Shown here in pieces: positions 63,801-64,000 of a DNA stretch of 64,000 nucleotides. The DNA comes from Candidatus Latescibacterota bacterium (GTDB taxonomy: Bacteria; Latescibacterota; UBA2968; UBA8231), in the NCBI GenBank assembly GCA_963422735.1, contig OY730476.1, positions 1,536,001 to 1,600,000 of the forward strand, written 5' to 3'. Positions within the stretch are counted from its first letter, which is position 1; the number at the start of each line of letters is the position of its first letter. A program made the translations under genes and the position numbers. The notes below the pieces were generated by a model. The model saw only the letters and a program-made list of their open reading frames with translations. It searched no databases and was not told where the DNA came from.

Positions 63801-64000
63801 GAACGATCGCGGCGCGACATTGCCGCCCGAGCCAGAGAAAAGCAATTAGCTCTGGTAGTGCTAGATGAAATTTTGCTGGTATTTTTGGCGGGGCTTGACG
63901 ATGCTCGCCTTCCAATCTTCCTACGTTGTAGTCTGCCCTACGCTGCCCTCAATCCCTATACGCCGTTCCAAGCGGGAAATGTACCACCTGAAATATACTA
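60816..64000 (+). CDS. Very large helical protein, partial (>1060 aa), probably the N-terminal part of a STAND/AAA-type ATP-binding protein
   Basis: GAGGA SD and ATG at 60816 (MSDEKTQPTENHQD...). The same frame at the window end reads LVVLDEILLVFLA...LPYAALNPYTPFQAGNVPPEIY. I translated both ends by hand. Its absence from the ORF track is consistent with no stop in the window. Lower GC than flanking genes. Confidence 0.75.
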   Translation, partial: MSDEKTQPTENHQDTQWTRFLEELRQWPCDAPQWEGVQRFIDQVQLVAEQKGREREEAGRFQLQQVLEKLQENYEVILVDYFQCSNLSKWEAASCPMDQVAERTEAVKDLLAQLDRRQTLDQEVPQNHLEGRKKRTELGEVELRISKLVERLGQDFPTDLLEPPLDDAAEENDQLSPEPPSSERDSSGAPTDQKAEEDASSFKKALQKEAILEEKPQTPPLPQPEDREPAPVQATPPDEKPLSLRSAQEVAVLLQAEDSDEHWESLGWSLLAEDDLAGAYWLARSLKAAGRDVPVAPELLAALQEAHWLENDTDSLVSDIRQIASEYAPQSTTSERLVGLAAALRPSLVAPHTGLVGWLPQKDEVNPGLGTLAEAVRTFASAGHPLRAEDQQGAEGRATHEKDIKETVEQARRFLATNQVSKLKFKRATDVLHRLVSPEGDLTLLLTPVIKNKADQVAQVRQRIIDFGERKQIERCLHQIDQDLAGAKKRKITGDPINQLVRSVEEAVGLANSWCSLITRERVARDKGDWWAGHVEKLRRRVQEVLPDVNVELKRMQDQLQEEAALGHVLRWAIGQVTGMLGLEEQADIEGPEERMKSGSNSLGIALSHRLLYVPEIFLDEDGHPTKDQEGDIAKYLRQSLAEKRALPMAWEMRIEGQDFRFTDVLMNALEDYEDRQRLEDRNDEELKSAQAGLKDDVNRVEGAIEKGLVDGLISEKERAALSAKLPRVEEALYFPPLFRRLDDIGEQLEQKLEERLRELEVQWKEMRQGLAQSIQADLTTAATSIQRAFTQRDTRVIEESLAHLREIRAGEREWQDEWFARPDKLDIFKKFQEACPRIEEALSSLGSVARLAEVIEQGQTWADMEFGELPQECQEEAAKVLRSWHQLKRLDGQQSKNQRYIQVLLEYLGFRPSEGKSAVSVRVKKRDQDWLYCQVDALASDLVRPIPQLGSQASGCYNVVCFWKRPRAASIGAFLRELGLDNQTVVVFSFQRLSERSRRDIAARAREKQLALVVLDEILLVFLAGLDDARLPIFLRCSLPYAALNPYTPFQAGNVPPEIY

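Overview
GC-rich bacterial window with no rRNA, tRNA or CRISPR array that I can see. Gene content resembles marine or host-associated candidate phyla such as Latescibacterota, Gemmatimonadota or Poribacteria (inference only). From left to right: (1) 1-4.6 kb: partial gluconolactonase, NHL protein, decayed ankyrin, HicAB and VapBC remnants, and an orphan amino-DNA methyltransferase. (2) 4.6-11.2 kb: a complete UBact-proteasome operon (arc-dop-ubact-prcB-prcA-pafA) downstream of lepB. (3) 12-25.5 kb: catabolic and housekeeping genes (Gfo/Idh/MocA x2, Ldh_2, NAGPA-like, cysS, MlrC, Hyi-like, TauD, YhdH/AcuI) with chimeric pseudogenes. (4) 25.7-32 kb: a 2094-aa fusion of a degenerate M28/nicastrin-like domain, an FtsX/MacB permease and a multi-TM domain. 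(5) 32.9-58.1 kb: the best candidate for an undescribed system, a cell-envelope cluster with two paralogous Asp-rich putative outer-membrane barrels, four paralogous secreted proteins sharing an F(S/T)PNGDG..ND/FlgD-like C-terminal domain (one pseudogenised), two CBM9-like paralogs, CRTAC1/ASPIC proteins, TPR proteins and a PpiC foldase. (6) A sugar ABC binding protein plus ATPase with no permease. (7) A >1060-codon ORF absent from the ORF track that runs off the right edge. Sequence-level oddities include CCWGG depletion with excess of its deamination products and sharp local G/T versus C/A strand-skew patches. All family calls come from motif recognition, not database searches.
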